Counted from the stretch's first letter, positions 17,009 through 25,367 are shown. The stretch: DNA of 32,000 bases from Salegentibacter sediminis (GCF_002078605.1 NZ_MSJR01000005.1:157922-189921); one strand, 5' to 3'. Numbers and translations are program-made. The notes: generated by a model from the letters alone, not told the origin.

Positions 17009-17824
17009 TTATACCGCTACATCATATTCTCTAAGCGCATCGTTCAGAGAAGTTTTTTTGTTTGTGGATTCTTTTCTTTTTCCGATAATAAGAGCGCAAG
17101 GCACATTATATTCTCCTGCAGGGAATTTCTTGGTGTAACTCCCAGGTATAACCACAGATCTAGCCGGAACAATTCCTTTCATTTCCACAGGCTCGTCTCC
17201 GGTTACATCTATGATCTTGGTGGAAGCGGTAAGCACGACATTTGCACCCAGCACTGCTTCTTTTTCTACTTTTACACCTTCAACGACAATACTTCGAGAG
17301 CCCAGGAATGCGTTGTCTTCTATGATTACAGGAGAAGCCTGAAGTGGCTCAAGAACGCCGCCAATTCCGACTCCACCACTTAGGTGAACATTTTTCCCGA
17401 TTTGGGCACAACTACCAACGGTGGCCCAGGTGTCTACCATAGTCCCTTCGTCTACATAGGCACCAATATTTACATAGCTGGGCATCATAATCACCCCACG
17501 GGAGATATAGGCTCCGTGTCGGGCAACAGCGTTCGGTACTACGCGAATTCCTTTTTCTTTATAGCCTCTTTTAAGCGGCATTTTGTCGTGATATTCAAAA
17601 ATACCGGCTTCAAGGGTTTCCATTTTCTGGATTGGGAAATAAAGCACCACACCTTTTTTGACCCATTCGTTTACCTGCCAGCCGTTAGCTGTAGGTTCCG
17701 CTGTTCTTAGCTTACCTTGGTCCAAAAGATTTATCACTTCTCTAATGGCATCTTTGGTGTCTTTATCTTTAAGTAGCTCCCGGTTTTCCCAGGCCGCATT
17801 TATCTTCGCTTCTAATTGTTCCAT
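17009..17824 (-). CDS. dapD: 2,3,4,5-tetrahydropyridine-2,6-dicarboxylate N-succinyltransferase
   Basis: The 271-aa ORF has left-handed beta-helix hexapeptide repeats (GAYISRGVIMMPSYVNIGAYVDEGTMVDTWATVGSCAQIGKNVHLSGGVGIGG) and a DapD-type N-terminal helical domain. Confidence 0.9.
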   Translation of the reverse strand: MEQLEAKINAAWENRELLKDKDTKDAIREVINLLDQGKLRTAEPTANGWQVNEWVKKGVVLYFPIQKMETLEAGIFEYHDKMPLKRGYKEKGIRVVPNAVARHGAYISRGVIMMPSYVNIGAYVDEGTMVDTWATVGSCAQIGKNVHLSGGVGIGGVLEPLQASPVIIEDNAFLGSRSIVVEGVKVEKEAVLGANVVLTASTKIIDVTGDEPVEMKGIVPARSVVIPGSYTKKFPAGEYNVPCALIIGKRKESTNKKTSLNDALREYDVAV

Positions 17825-17840
17825 GTTCCGAAATTTTAGA

Positions 17841-17848
17841 CAAATATA
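17841..17848 (-). promoter_or_regulatory. Candidate -7 box for dapD (TATATTTG on the minus strand)
   Basis: The plus strand reads CAAATATA, the reverse complement of a TAnnTTTG match, 16 nt upstream of the dapD ATG (17824). Confidence 0.4.
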
Positions 17849-17890
17849 AGGGCTTCAGGCTAAATTTTGGCAGCAATGGATTATAAACAT

Positions 17891-17898
17891 TACCTTTG
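17891..17898 (+). promoter_or_regulatory. Candidate -7 box for ruvX (TACCTTTG)
   Basis: This is an exact TAnnTTTG match, 14 nt upstream of the ATG at 17913. It forms a divergent promoter pair with the dapD box. Confidence 0.45.
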
Positions 17899-17912
17899 CG
17901 CAAAATTGTAGA

Positions 17913-18320
17913 ATGGCACGTATTTTGGCTATTGATTATGGAACCAAACGCACCGGGATCGCGGTAACCGATGAGCTTCAGATTATTGCATCGGGGCTTA
18001 CTACCGTGAATAGCCTGGAGCTTTTAACTTTTCTTGAAAAGTATTTCAGGGAAGAAAGCGTAGAGTTGGTCCTGGTGGGAGAACCAAAACAAAAAGATGG
18101 TTCGGCCTCTCAGAGCGAAGTTCATATTCAGGAATTTTTAAAGAAATTTTCTGAAAAATTCCCCTCAATGCCTGTAAAAAGGGTAGATGAGGCTTTTACC
18201 TCAAAAATGGCCTTTCAAACAATGATAGATAGTGGACTTAAAAAAAAGAAGCGCAGAGATAAGGCCCTGATCGATGAGATCAGTGCAACGATAATTTTAC
18301 AAACCTATTTGTATCAATAA
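17913..18320 (+). CDS. ruvX: Holliday junction resolvase-like / pre-16S rRNA nuclease RuvX (YqgF)
   Basis: The 135-aa ORF has the N-terminus MARILAIDYGTKRTGIAVTD and the C-terminal motif DEAFTS...AATIILQ-type, typical of YqgF/RuvX. Confidence 0.9.
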   Translation: MARILAIDYGTKRTGIAVTDELQIIASGLTTVNSLELLTFLEKYFREESVELVLVGEPKQKDGSASQSEVHIQEFLKKFSEKFPSMPVKRVDEAFTSKMAFQTMIDSGLKKKKRRDKALIDEISATIILQTYLYQ

Positions 18321-18376
18321 TCTTTTGGTTCCAGAAGTCTATCCTTATTTAAAAATTAAAATACTTAATTAAAAGA

Positions 18377-18967
18377 ATGATTTTACCAATAGTAGCCTAC
18401 GGAGATCCGGTTTTAAGGAAAAAATGCAGCGAAATACCTGAAGATTATCCTAAGTTGGAGAAATTGATAGAGAATATGTGGGAAACCATGTATAATGCTT
18501 ACGGAGTTGGTCTTGCGGCTCCGCAAGTAGGTGTGCCTGTTCGACTATTTATGATAGATCCGAGTCCCTTTGCTGAAGATCAGGAATTGGAGGAGCAGGA
18601 GCGGGAACAGCTCAATAACCTAAAAAAGGTTTTTATCAATCCAAAAATTGTTGAGGAAGAAGGTGATGAATGGGCTTTTAGCGAAGGATGCCTTAGCATT
18701 CCCGAGATTAGGGAAGATGTGTTTAGAAAACCGGTGATCACAATAGAATATCAGGATGAAGATTTTAAGAGCCATCGCGACACCTATTCTGGCCTGGCTG
18801 CCCGGGTTATCCAACATGAATATGATCATATTGAAGGTATTCTCTTTACCGATAAGCTATCCAGCCTTAAAAAGAGACTTATAAAAGGCAAACTTGCCAA
18901 TATTTCTAAAGGAAAAATAAAAATTGATTATAAGATGCGTTTCCCCGAAATGAAAAAAGGGAGATAA
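18377..18967 (+). CDS. def: Peptide deformylase
   Basis: All three canonical motifs are present: GVGLAAPQ, EGCLSIP and QHEYDHIEG. Confidence 0.95.
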   Translation: MILPIVAYGDPVLRKKCSEIPEDYPKLEKLIENMWETMYNAYGVGLAAPQVGVPVRLFMIDPSPFAEDQELEEQEREQLNNLKKVFINPKIVEEEGDEWAFSEGCLSIPEIREDVFRKPVITIEYQDEDFKSHRDTYSGLAARVIQHEYDHIEGILFTDKLSSLKKRLIKGKLANISKGKIKIDYKMRFPEMKKGR

Positions 18968-19025
18968 AGACTTTGATAATTTGTTCAGGCAGGTGATATT
19001 TGCCAGCCAAAATTGAAAATATACT

Positions 19026-19448
19026 ATGGGATTAGAGAAAATATTAGCGATTTCAGGAAAACCAGGATTATATGAACTTACTGCCCAAAGTCGGGGTGGT
19101 TTTATCGTACAATCTATTCCTGAAGGAAAAAAAATGGCGGTAAATATTCGTCATAACGTTAGCCTGTTAAGCGAAATTGCGATCTATACTTACACTGAAG
19201 AGGTGCCGCTAGCCGAAATTTTTGAGAAAATCAAAGAAAAAGAAGATGGAGGAGAGGCGATAAGCCCTAAATCCTCTAAAGCCGAAATGGAAAAATATTT
19301 CGCCGAAATTCTTCCCGATTATGATGTAGATCGTGTTTATGCCAGTGATATGAAGAAAATCTTTCAGTGGTATAACCTGCTTATCAAAAATGGATTTACA
19401 GAATTCGCCGATTCGGATGAATCAAACGATAAAAGTGAAGAAGAATAG
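19026..19448 (+). CDS. DUF5606-like conserved protein with an acidic C-terminus
   Basis: The 140-aa ORF has the N-terminus MGLEKILAISGKPGLYEL. As I recall, its position directly after def is typical of DUF5606 proteins in Flavobacteriia. It is followed by a strong terminator. Confidence 0.6.
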   Translation: MGLEKILAISGKPGLYELTAQSRGGFIVQSIPEGKKMAVNIRHNVSLLSEIAIYTYTEEVPLAEIFEKIKEKEDGGEAISPKSSKAEMEKYFAEILPDYDVDRVYASDMKKIFQWYNLLIKNGFTEFADSDESNDKSEEE

Positions 19449-19466
19449 AACTTCCCTTCATAAACC

Positions 19467-19500
19467 AAAAAAGGCTGAAAATTAAATTTCAGCCTTTTTT
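19467..19500. terminator. Bidirectional rho-independent terminator
   Basis: The sequence is AAAAAAGGCTGAAAT-TAA-ATTTCAGCCTTTTTT. The 9-bp stem GGCTGAAAT (19473-19481) / ATTTCAGCC (19485-19493) is flanked by A- and T-tracts. It lies between the stop at 19448 (+) and the smpB stop at 19505 (-). Confidence 0.75.
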
Positions 19501-19504
19501 AGTT

Positions 19505-19969
19505 TTAAGAGTATTCTTTTTTGATTCTGTCGAGTTTGCGTTTGCTCTCCCGGTCTTTTATGGTTTCCCGTTTATCATAGAGTTTTTTTCCTTTAGCCAG
19601 GGCAATCTCCATTTTAGCCAGGCCGCGATCATTGATGAAAAGCCTTAGCGGAATAATGGTCAAACCTGTGTTTTTCACTTCCTTTTCCAGTTTGCGAAGC
19701 TCTCTACGTTGCATTAAAAGCTTGCGTTCGCTCTTGGGGTTATGGTTAAAATAGGTGGCGTGAGAATATTCTTCTACGTGCATATTGATTACAAAAAGTT
19801 CGTGATTCTGAAATTCACAAAAACTTTCGGCTATAGATGCTTTCCCCTGGCGAATTGCTTTTATCTCGGTACCGGCCAGTTTAATTCCGGCCACGTACTT
19901 ATCGAGAAATTCATATTCAAATTTCGCTTTTCGGTTCTTTATATTGATCGTGTTGGTCTTCTTTTTCAT
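19505..19969 (-). CDS. smpB: SsrA-binding protein (trans-translation)
   Basis: The 154-aa ORF contains NRKAKFEYEFLDKYVAGIKLAGTEIKAIR...ELFVINMHVEEY...RKLLMQRRELRKL, the canonical SmpB sequence. Confidence 0.95.
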   Translation of the reverse strand: MKKKTNTINIKNRKAKFEYEFLDKYVAGIKLAGTEIKAIRQGKASIAESFCEFQNHELFVINMHVEEYSHATYFNHNPKSERKLLMQRRELRKLEKEVKNTGLTIIPLRLFINDRGLAKMEIALAKGKKLYDKRETIKDRESKRKLDRIKKEYS

Positions 19970-20081
19970 ACTTAAGCAAAAATAGGAAGCTTATTTTAGA
20001 TTTCGGTATAAGGGAATTGTAAATTATACGAAGCCGGTCTTCCGAAATATATTTTAGTATTAAAATTCAGCATACATTAAT

Positions 20082-20089
20082 TACCTTTG
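20082..20089 (+). promoter_or_regulatory. Candidate -7 box TACCTTTG
   Basis: This is an exact TAnnTTTG match, 20 nt upstream of the ATG at 20110. Confidence 0.4.
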
Positions 20090-20109
20090 AAATTCAGATA
20101 CCAAATACA

Positions 20110-20850
20110 ATGAAAAAAATCATCTTTTTAATGGCGGTAAGTGCCCTGTTTTTTTCCTGTGATCAGAATAAAGAACTAACTGCTCAGGAAATTATTGATA
20201 AGGCCATAGAAAAGGCTGGAGGCGATAAATATAATAATGCTGAGATCAGCTTTAAATTCAGGGATGCTGAATACAAGAGTACCCGGAAGGGAGGCGAATT
20301 TCAGCTTGAGCGTTTTATAACCGATTCCACGGGTGCCGAGTTTCACGACGTGCTCAATAACGAAGGATTTACCAGGTATCATCAAGATTCCGTGGTGACT
20401 TTAAACGATTCTATGAAGACCGTTTACAGCAATTCGGTTAACTCTGTGCATTATTTTGTGCAGCTTCCCTATGGCCTTAACGATGCCGCAGTGAATAAGA
20501 AACTTCTCGGGAAAGACAGTATCAGAGATAGAGAATATTATGAGGTACAGGTGACCTTTGAAGATACAGAAGAGGTGACCGATCACGAAGATGTGTACCT
20601 ATACTGGGTCGATACCGAAAATTTCACTATAGATTATATGGCCTATAGTTTTAAGATTAACGATGGTGGTGTTCGTTTTCGTAAAGCCTATAACCCTCAT
20701 ACTGTTGGAGGAATAAGGTTTGTAGATTACGAGAATTACAAGGCCGACGACCTGGATATTCCTCTGGAAGAGCTGGATGAAAAATATGAAGCCCGGGAGC
20801 TGGAATTGCTTTCTGTAATAGAGAATGAAAATATAGAAGTTAAGCTTTAA
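20110..20850 (+). CDS. Hypothetical lipoprotein (possibly DUF6503-like)
   Basis: The 246-aa ORF has a signal peptide with a lipobox-like cysteine (MKKIIFLMAVSALFFSC). I recognised no catalytic motif. The family guess comes from memory only. Confidence 0.55.
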   Translation: MKKIIFLMAVSALFFSCDQNKELTAQEIIDKAIEKAGGDKYNNAEISFKFRDAEYKSTRKGGEFQLERFITDSTGAEFHDVLNNEGFTRYHQDSVVTLNDSMKTVYSNSVNSVHYFVQLPYGLNDAAVNKKLLGKDSIRDREYYEVQVTFEDTEEVTDHEDVYLYWVDTENFTIDYMAYSFKINDGGVRFRKAYNPHTVGGIRFVDYENYKADDLDIPLEELDEKYEARELELLSVIENENIEVKL

Positions 20851-21371
20851 TTGAAATAGAGCACTTCTGAAGTGCGGGTTCCGTCGGGATGTATTACCGC
20901 GATGAATAGGCTGCCGTACTCCTTCTCATCGAGATCCTCATATTTCTCCTGCTCAATAATGTAATTAACAAATTCAGGATTCAAATTGCTGTGCCCAACT
21001 ACCAGCACGGTCTTTCCTTTTGTTTTTTGCTGAAAGTCCTCATCGTTAAGCTTTTCAGTATTGTAAAAATCGATTTCCTTGGCTTGTGAATCGGCTATTG
21101 GTTTGGCGGTATTTAGCGTGCGTTTGTAATTTGAGCTGAAGATGAGATCAAATTCAACATCCCTGAAAACCTCTGCCCATTTTTGGGCGCGTTCCACCCC
21201 CTCTTCTGTTAATTCAGGATCTTTATTTTCCGGGTTCAGCGTGTCTTTTTCAGCGTGACGAATAAAATAATAGGTGGTTACTTTTGGATCTTTCATTTCT
21301 TCTGAAGGCTTCTCCTTCTGAAAATTGCAACCCGCGATTAATATCAATGAAAAAAGGAGTAGGTATTTCAT
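20847..21371 (-). CDS. Histidine phosphatase family protein (SixA/PGAM-like), predicted lipoprotein
   Basis: The 174-aa ORF has the signal/lipobox MKYLLLFSLILIAGC, the catalytic RHAEK (RHG-type) motif in YYFIRHAEK, and the second His motif in LVVGHSNL. Confidence 0.75.
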   Translation of the reverse strand: MKYLLLFSLILIAGCNFQKEKPSEEMKDPKVTTYYFIRHAEKDTLNPENKDPELTEEGVERAQKWAEVFRDVEFDLIFSSNYKRTLNTAKPIADSQAKEIDFYNTEKLNDEDFQQKTKGKTVLVVGHSNLNPEFVNYIIEQEKYEDLDEKEYGSLFIAVIHPDGTRTSEVLYFN

Positions 21372-21545
21372 TTAATTGTTTTTTAAAGTTGATTTCTAAA
21401 AGTATAAACTGGGAATCTGAAGCTACTAAAGTTGTCAACTGACACCGATAATAGAAACTGCTTCTCGTTAAGTAAACAGGGCTAGATCCCCCCTTCAATA
21501 TTATCGATTATTTCTTCTAACAGGAAATTCTTCTTAAAAAATTTT
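21372..21545 (-). pseudogene. Degraded fragment homologous to the 3' end of the phytase-like gene at 24142-25242
   Basis: Three exact strings are shared with the full gene: GATTTCTAAAAGTATAA (21391-21407 = 24157-24173), CCTTCAATATTATCGATTATTTCTTC (21492-21517 = 24269-24294) and CAGGAAATTCTT (21521-21532 = 24298-24309). Diverged but alignable sequence lies between them. The minus-strand translation ...NFLLEEIIDNIEGGI* hits an in-frame TAG (21482-21484), whereas the intact gene reads NFLEEEIIDNIEGMSFGP.... The downstream part is frameshifted but still ends ILLEINFKK (intact gene: ILLEIEFKK). Confidence 0.55.
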
Positions 21546-21568
21546 GACTCACCAATGGCAGTACATTC

Positions 21569-23776
21569 TTATAAATTCCACCAATAGGTGAGTTTAAGTA
21601 AGACTGCTCTGTTTTTCACCTGAACCGGGTAAGGAATATAATTATCGGTATAAACCAGGAATAAATCTGAAGCAGGACTAAAGCGCCACTGGAAACGACC
21701 ATTTAAATTAAGGTTGTCCATTTGTTCATTATACTGGGCAAAAGCCGTAAAGAATACCTTATTGGTTAGGGTCACATCCAGGCGGGGACCTACCAACCAG
21801 AATTTGGTGTCTCCCCACCGCTCAGGCAGTTCCAGATCGTTATAGGTTGCGTTAAGAGTGATTCCCACATAAGGCTGAAACCTATACCCCATTTCTGCAG
21901 CATAATTTGCCATCGCTCCTTCTGCATAATAGCCTCCTGAACTATAGGATAAGGCATAAGTGAAAAGGCTCTGTGGTTTAGAATTAAATTTAGCGCCCCA
22001 ACGATACCAATTATGTTGGGTGCCTGCCGCCAGTTCGATACCACTAAAATTAGTAGGGTCAAAGGGTTGCTGCAGTTCCACATAATCATGCCCTGCCCAG
22101 AGGCTTAGGACGCTTTGGCTATGAAACCGCAGAATATATTCCAGCAAAGTCTGATTTTCGGTTTTCTCCCAGTGCTTATTGAAGAATATTGAAGTGCTTA
22201 ACTGGGGGCCATGGTTTAGTATATATTTGTTCTTTTCAAAAAACAGGTAGCCAATACTCGGATTGATTTTGTAATAACCGGTGCGGGGAATATAACCAAC
22301 TTCAGCCTGGTAATTTTCCGAAATATATTCATGCCTCCAGTTAAAATTCAGATTTCCGCTGGTATATTGCAAATTGGCGGCGTGAATTAAATTTTCTTCA
22401 GATTCGTTGGGGCTAAAAGATTTTAAAACCATTGCTTTGCCGGTCCAGACATTATTGGCAGAAGCAAGATTATATTCCAATCCCAGGTTTCTGTTGAATT
22501 GGTTGTAAGGCTGGTGGTCTGATGAGGGGTTGGGGGAGTAGTTCAGCAATTCTTTATTTACGAAAATTGCCCTGATGTTGGAGCGGGAGAAGACTCGTTT
22601 CTGTATCCCTATCACGCTGAAGTTTTGGGCCGGAAGCCCGATATCATTTACTTTCCCGGTTTGCATACTCATGGCATTAATCCTCCAGTCCTCCCCAATG
22701 TTCCCGCTAAGGCGGGCACCAAAATCAATAGGGGCGTTAAGGCCTATGCGTCGGGAGAAGAAGGGTCTGATATTTTCATAACCAAAACCGGCCACTATAT
22801 CTGCATTTTCCAGGAAGAATTGGCGGCGTTCGGGAAAGAATAATTCAAACCGATCCAGATTCGTCACCTGCCGATCGACCTCTACCTGGGAAAAATCGGG
22901 GTTTATCGTTAGATCCAGGTTTAAGGAAGAGCCTAAGCCAATTTTGGCATCCAGGCCAGCTTCACTTCGTTTATTTATCCCGTCCTGGCCCTTAAAATCT
23001 TTGCTTCCTCCTGCCAGAACATAAGGGATTAAAGAAATATTAGATCCTGTGGAGGGCGGGGTTTCATCCCAGACCAGGGTGCCCGTATAGGCCAGGGATG
23101 CTGAGGGAAACTGGCGGGGCACAGGAGCCCAGCTGGATTTTTCGGTAGTCTTTAGATCATTTCTGCCAAAATTAATGCCCCATTCTTTAATTCCTTTTTT
23201 ATAGCGTATACTTTTAAAGGGTATGGCTGCTTCAAATGTCCATTTATCCTCATAATTTTTCACAGCCGAGGTCCATTTATTGTCCCAGCTTAGGTCTACA
23301 GAGCCACCGTCATACATCAGCCCATCCCATTGAGCTCCTGCTGCATTTGCTCCAAAAGAAAAACCATTGGTTTGATCATCGAAAGGATCCATAAATAAGA
23401 GAAAGTTGTCGTTTTTGGTAAAGGAGAAATCTCTTCTTAATGATTCTACCATATAAGGACCCGGGACCCCGTGATGATTGGTCACAAATAGATAAAGGTT
23501 TTCCTCATCATAAGTCATTCCTACATCAGTGAGGACCTCGGCATAACTGGTATCAGTGGGGAGAATCATATAAAAATCTTTAGCGACATCTGCCTTTGAC
23601 CAGGCCTTATCATCCATTATTCCGTCAATTTTTACCTTTGAGGTAGTTTTTTTTATGTGTAGGCGATAAGCGCTATTTACTTTTTGCCCCAAAAGACTTG
23701 CTGGTGACACCACAAGGATGAGGAAAATAAAAGATGGTAAATATTTAAATGCTATACGATAAATATGGCAAGGCAT
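21569..23776 (-). CDS. DUF5916 / carbohydrate-binding family 9-like domain protein (probable outer-membrane associated)
   Basis: The 735-aa ORF has an N-terminal signal-like segment. The CBM9-like segment reads KIDGIMDDKAWSKADVAKDFYM. The long C-terminal region has alternating beta-strand-like patterning and ends LKLTYWWNL. The family call comes from memory of Flavobacteriia annotations. Confidence 0.6.
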   Translation of the reverse strand: MPCHIYRIAFKYLPSFIFLILVVSPASLLGQKVNSAYRLHIKKTTSKVKIDGIMDDKAWSKADVAKDFYMILPTDTSYAEVLTDVGMTYDEENLYLFVTNHHGVPGPYMVESLRRDFSFTKNDNFLLFMDPFDDQTNGFSFGANAAGAQWDGLMYDGGSVDLSWDNKWTSAVKNYEDKWTFEAAIPFKSIRYKKGIKEWGINFGRNDLKTTEKSSWAPVPRQFPSASLAYTGTLVWDETPPSTGSNISLIPYVLAGGSKDFKGQDGINKRSEAGLDAKIGLGSSLNLDLTINPDFSQVEVDRQVTNLDRFELFFPERRQFFLENADIVAGFGYENIRPFFSRRIGLNAPIDFGARLSGNIGEDWRINAMSMQTGKVNDIGLPAQNFSVIGIQKRVFSRSNIRAIFVNKELLNYSPNPSSDHQPYNQFNRNLGLEYNLASANNVWTGKAMVLKSFSPNESEENLIHAANLQYTSGNLNFNWRHEYISENYQAEVGYIPRTGYYKINPSIGYLFFEKNKYILNHGPQLSTSIFFNKHWEKTENQTLLEYILRFHSQSVLSLWAGHDYVELQQPFDPTNFSGIELAAGTQHNWYRWGAKFNSKPQSLFTYALSYSSGGYYAEGAMANYAAEMGYRFQPYVGITLNATYNDLELPERWGDTKFWLVGPRLDVTLTNKVFFTAFAQYNEQMDNLNLNGRFQWRFSPASDLFLVYTDNYIPYPVQVKNRAVLLKLTYWWNL

Positions 23777-24141
23777 AAAGAAAATTATTTCTGATGTTTT
23801 GTAACTTTTAAAAGATTATTCAAAATAAGAAGACCAATATAAAAAAAATAGATTATCTATGGATGGCGGATTCGTAATACTTTCATTCTTAGGTTTTTCT
23901 CTTCCATTATTCGGCGTTTTGGGCATTTTTAAACCAGAACTTAGTGGAAATGACCACGGGAATGGTGGCTAAAATTAAGGGCTTTTAAAATTGATCTGTT
24001 TTGCATTGCAGGCGAAATACCAAAAAAACGGCCCTGCCCGGATGGACTCATGGGATTATTGGGTTAATGGAGAATCCTGAGGTACCTTCCCGAAATTGGA
24101 GTGATGAAGATGTATGAAAATAGCGCCTGGGTGGAAAGTTA

Positions 24142-25242
24142 TTATTTTTTAAATTCGATTTCTAAAAGTATAATCTGAGTAATCTGATGTCCAAAACTAC
24201 TGAAGTTATCATCTGATACTACTAGCAGGGATTGTTTGCCGTTTGGTAAAACGGGGCCAAAGCTCATACCTTCAATATTATCGATTATTTCTTCCTCCAG
24301 GAAATTCTTAACCGATTTAAAATCGAAAACGAGTCTTTTTTCTGCCGGTATAAAATCACTTTTTCTTAGGTTTTCTACCTGCAAGGTATTTGTCGCTTTG
24401 GAGGCATCCACCTCAAAGATCTTAACGGTATTTCCATGGGAGCCATAACCTGCAGAATATGCCCGTTCCAGAATTAGGAATTTATTGTCGGTATATTCTA
24501 AAAGCTCGGTCACCCCGTTAACTGCAAACCAGTTGATAGGAAATTTGGAAATCCTCTCCAACATATATGTAAATTGCCTTTCGGCTTTCCGGGATTCCTT
24601 ATTGAATTTGGTTATTCTCACAGGCGATTCTGTTGGATATATCTTAGGTTTGGGACCGTCTTTTTCTAAGGGAAGTTCCATGGCTACCCAAAAACCGGTT
24701 TTGTCCACGCTTTCGGCCAAACCTTCAAAAACACCGTTGTTTCTTGGTTTTTGTATTCCACCAGCCTTAAAGTATTCCGAAATTTCATAATGAAATAAAT
24801 ATTCTCCTTCAGTTGAGATATGAAAAAGGGAAGGGTCTTTACCGTTTTGGATAGAACCTTCCGAGCTTACTACCAGTGTTCCGGTTTCATCACTAAAACG
24901 AATGGCTTCCAGATCGGGGGTGCTTTCCCTGAAAAAGGCTTCCTCTTTGTTGAGGCTGATTACTTCTGAAATAATTACAGTATCTATGCTCCGATTTAAG
25001 AAAGGAATTTCAGCCTTATAAATTCTGGGACTAGAGGCTTGATCTGCCACTAAAAAATAAGTGTTGTTGTGAAAATCTATTCCGGAGAGTCCGCCTACTC
25101 TGGTGCCGTTTACCTCCAGACCTTGCTCAAGTACGAAATCGTCAAGGTAAGTGATCTTAATATTCCTGTTATTTAATTTTCGGGTGGTACCACAGCCGGA
25201 GAACAGCGCAATGCTTATGATTAAAAGGTAGAGTTTCTTCAT
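24142..25242 (-). CDS. Esterase-like activity of phytase family protein (phytase-like beta-propeller), predicted lipoprotein
   Basis: The 366-aa ORF has the lipobox MKKLYLLIISIALFSGC and the segments GGLSGIDF, FEGLAES, LILERAY and IEGMSFGP...LLVVSDDNF, which resemble the PF13449-type phytase-like family. Confidence 0.65.
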   Translation of the reverse strand: MKKLYLLIISIALFSGCGTTRKLNNRNIKITYLDDFVLEQGLEVNGTRVGGLSGIDFHNNTYFLVADQASSPRIYKAEIPFLNRSIDTVIISEVISLNKEEAFFRESTPDLEAIRFSDETGTLVVSSEGSIQNGKDPSLFHISTEGEYLFHYEISEYFKAGGIQKPRNNGVFEGLAESVDKTGFWVAMELPLEKDGPKPKIYPTESPVRITKFNKESRKAERQFTYMLERISKFPINWFAVNGVTELLEYTDNKFLILERAYSAGYGSHGNTVKIFEVDASKATNTLQVENLRKSDFIPAEKRLVFDFKSVKNFLEEEIIDNIEGMSFGPVLPNGKQSLLVVSDDNFSSFGHQITQIILLEIEFKK

Positions 25243-25262
25243 ATAAAGTTTACTTGAGAGGG

Positions 25263-25270
25263 CAAAAATA
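25263..25270 (-). promoter_or_regulatory. Candidate -7 box for the phytase-like gene (TATTTTTG on the minus strand)
   Basis: The plus strand reads CAAAAATA, the reverse complement of TAnnTTTG, 20 nt upstream of the ATG at 25242. Confidence 0.35.
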
Positions 25271-25367
25271 ACAAACCCTTAAGATAAGAATAGGAGTTTC
25301 TTTAGAGACTTAAGGAATGTAATTTTTTAATTTTATCGATGTATTAATAATTAAAAACCAAGATATT

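Noticed and set aside
21250-21498. The 82-aa minus-strand ORF spanning the histidine phosphatase start region.
   Set aside because: It begins at a TTG inside the decayed phytase-like fragment and reads through the mutated stop into the out-of-frame 5' end of the phosphatase gene. It is better explained as a by-product of the pseudogene relic.
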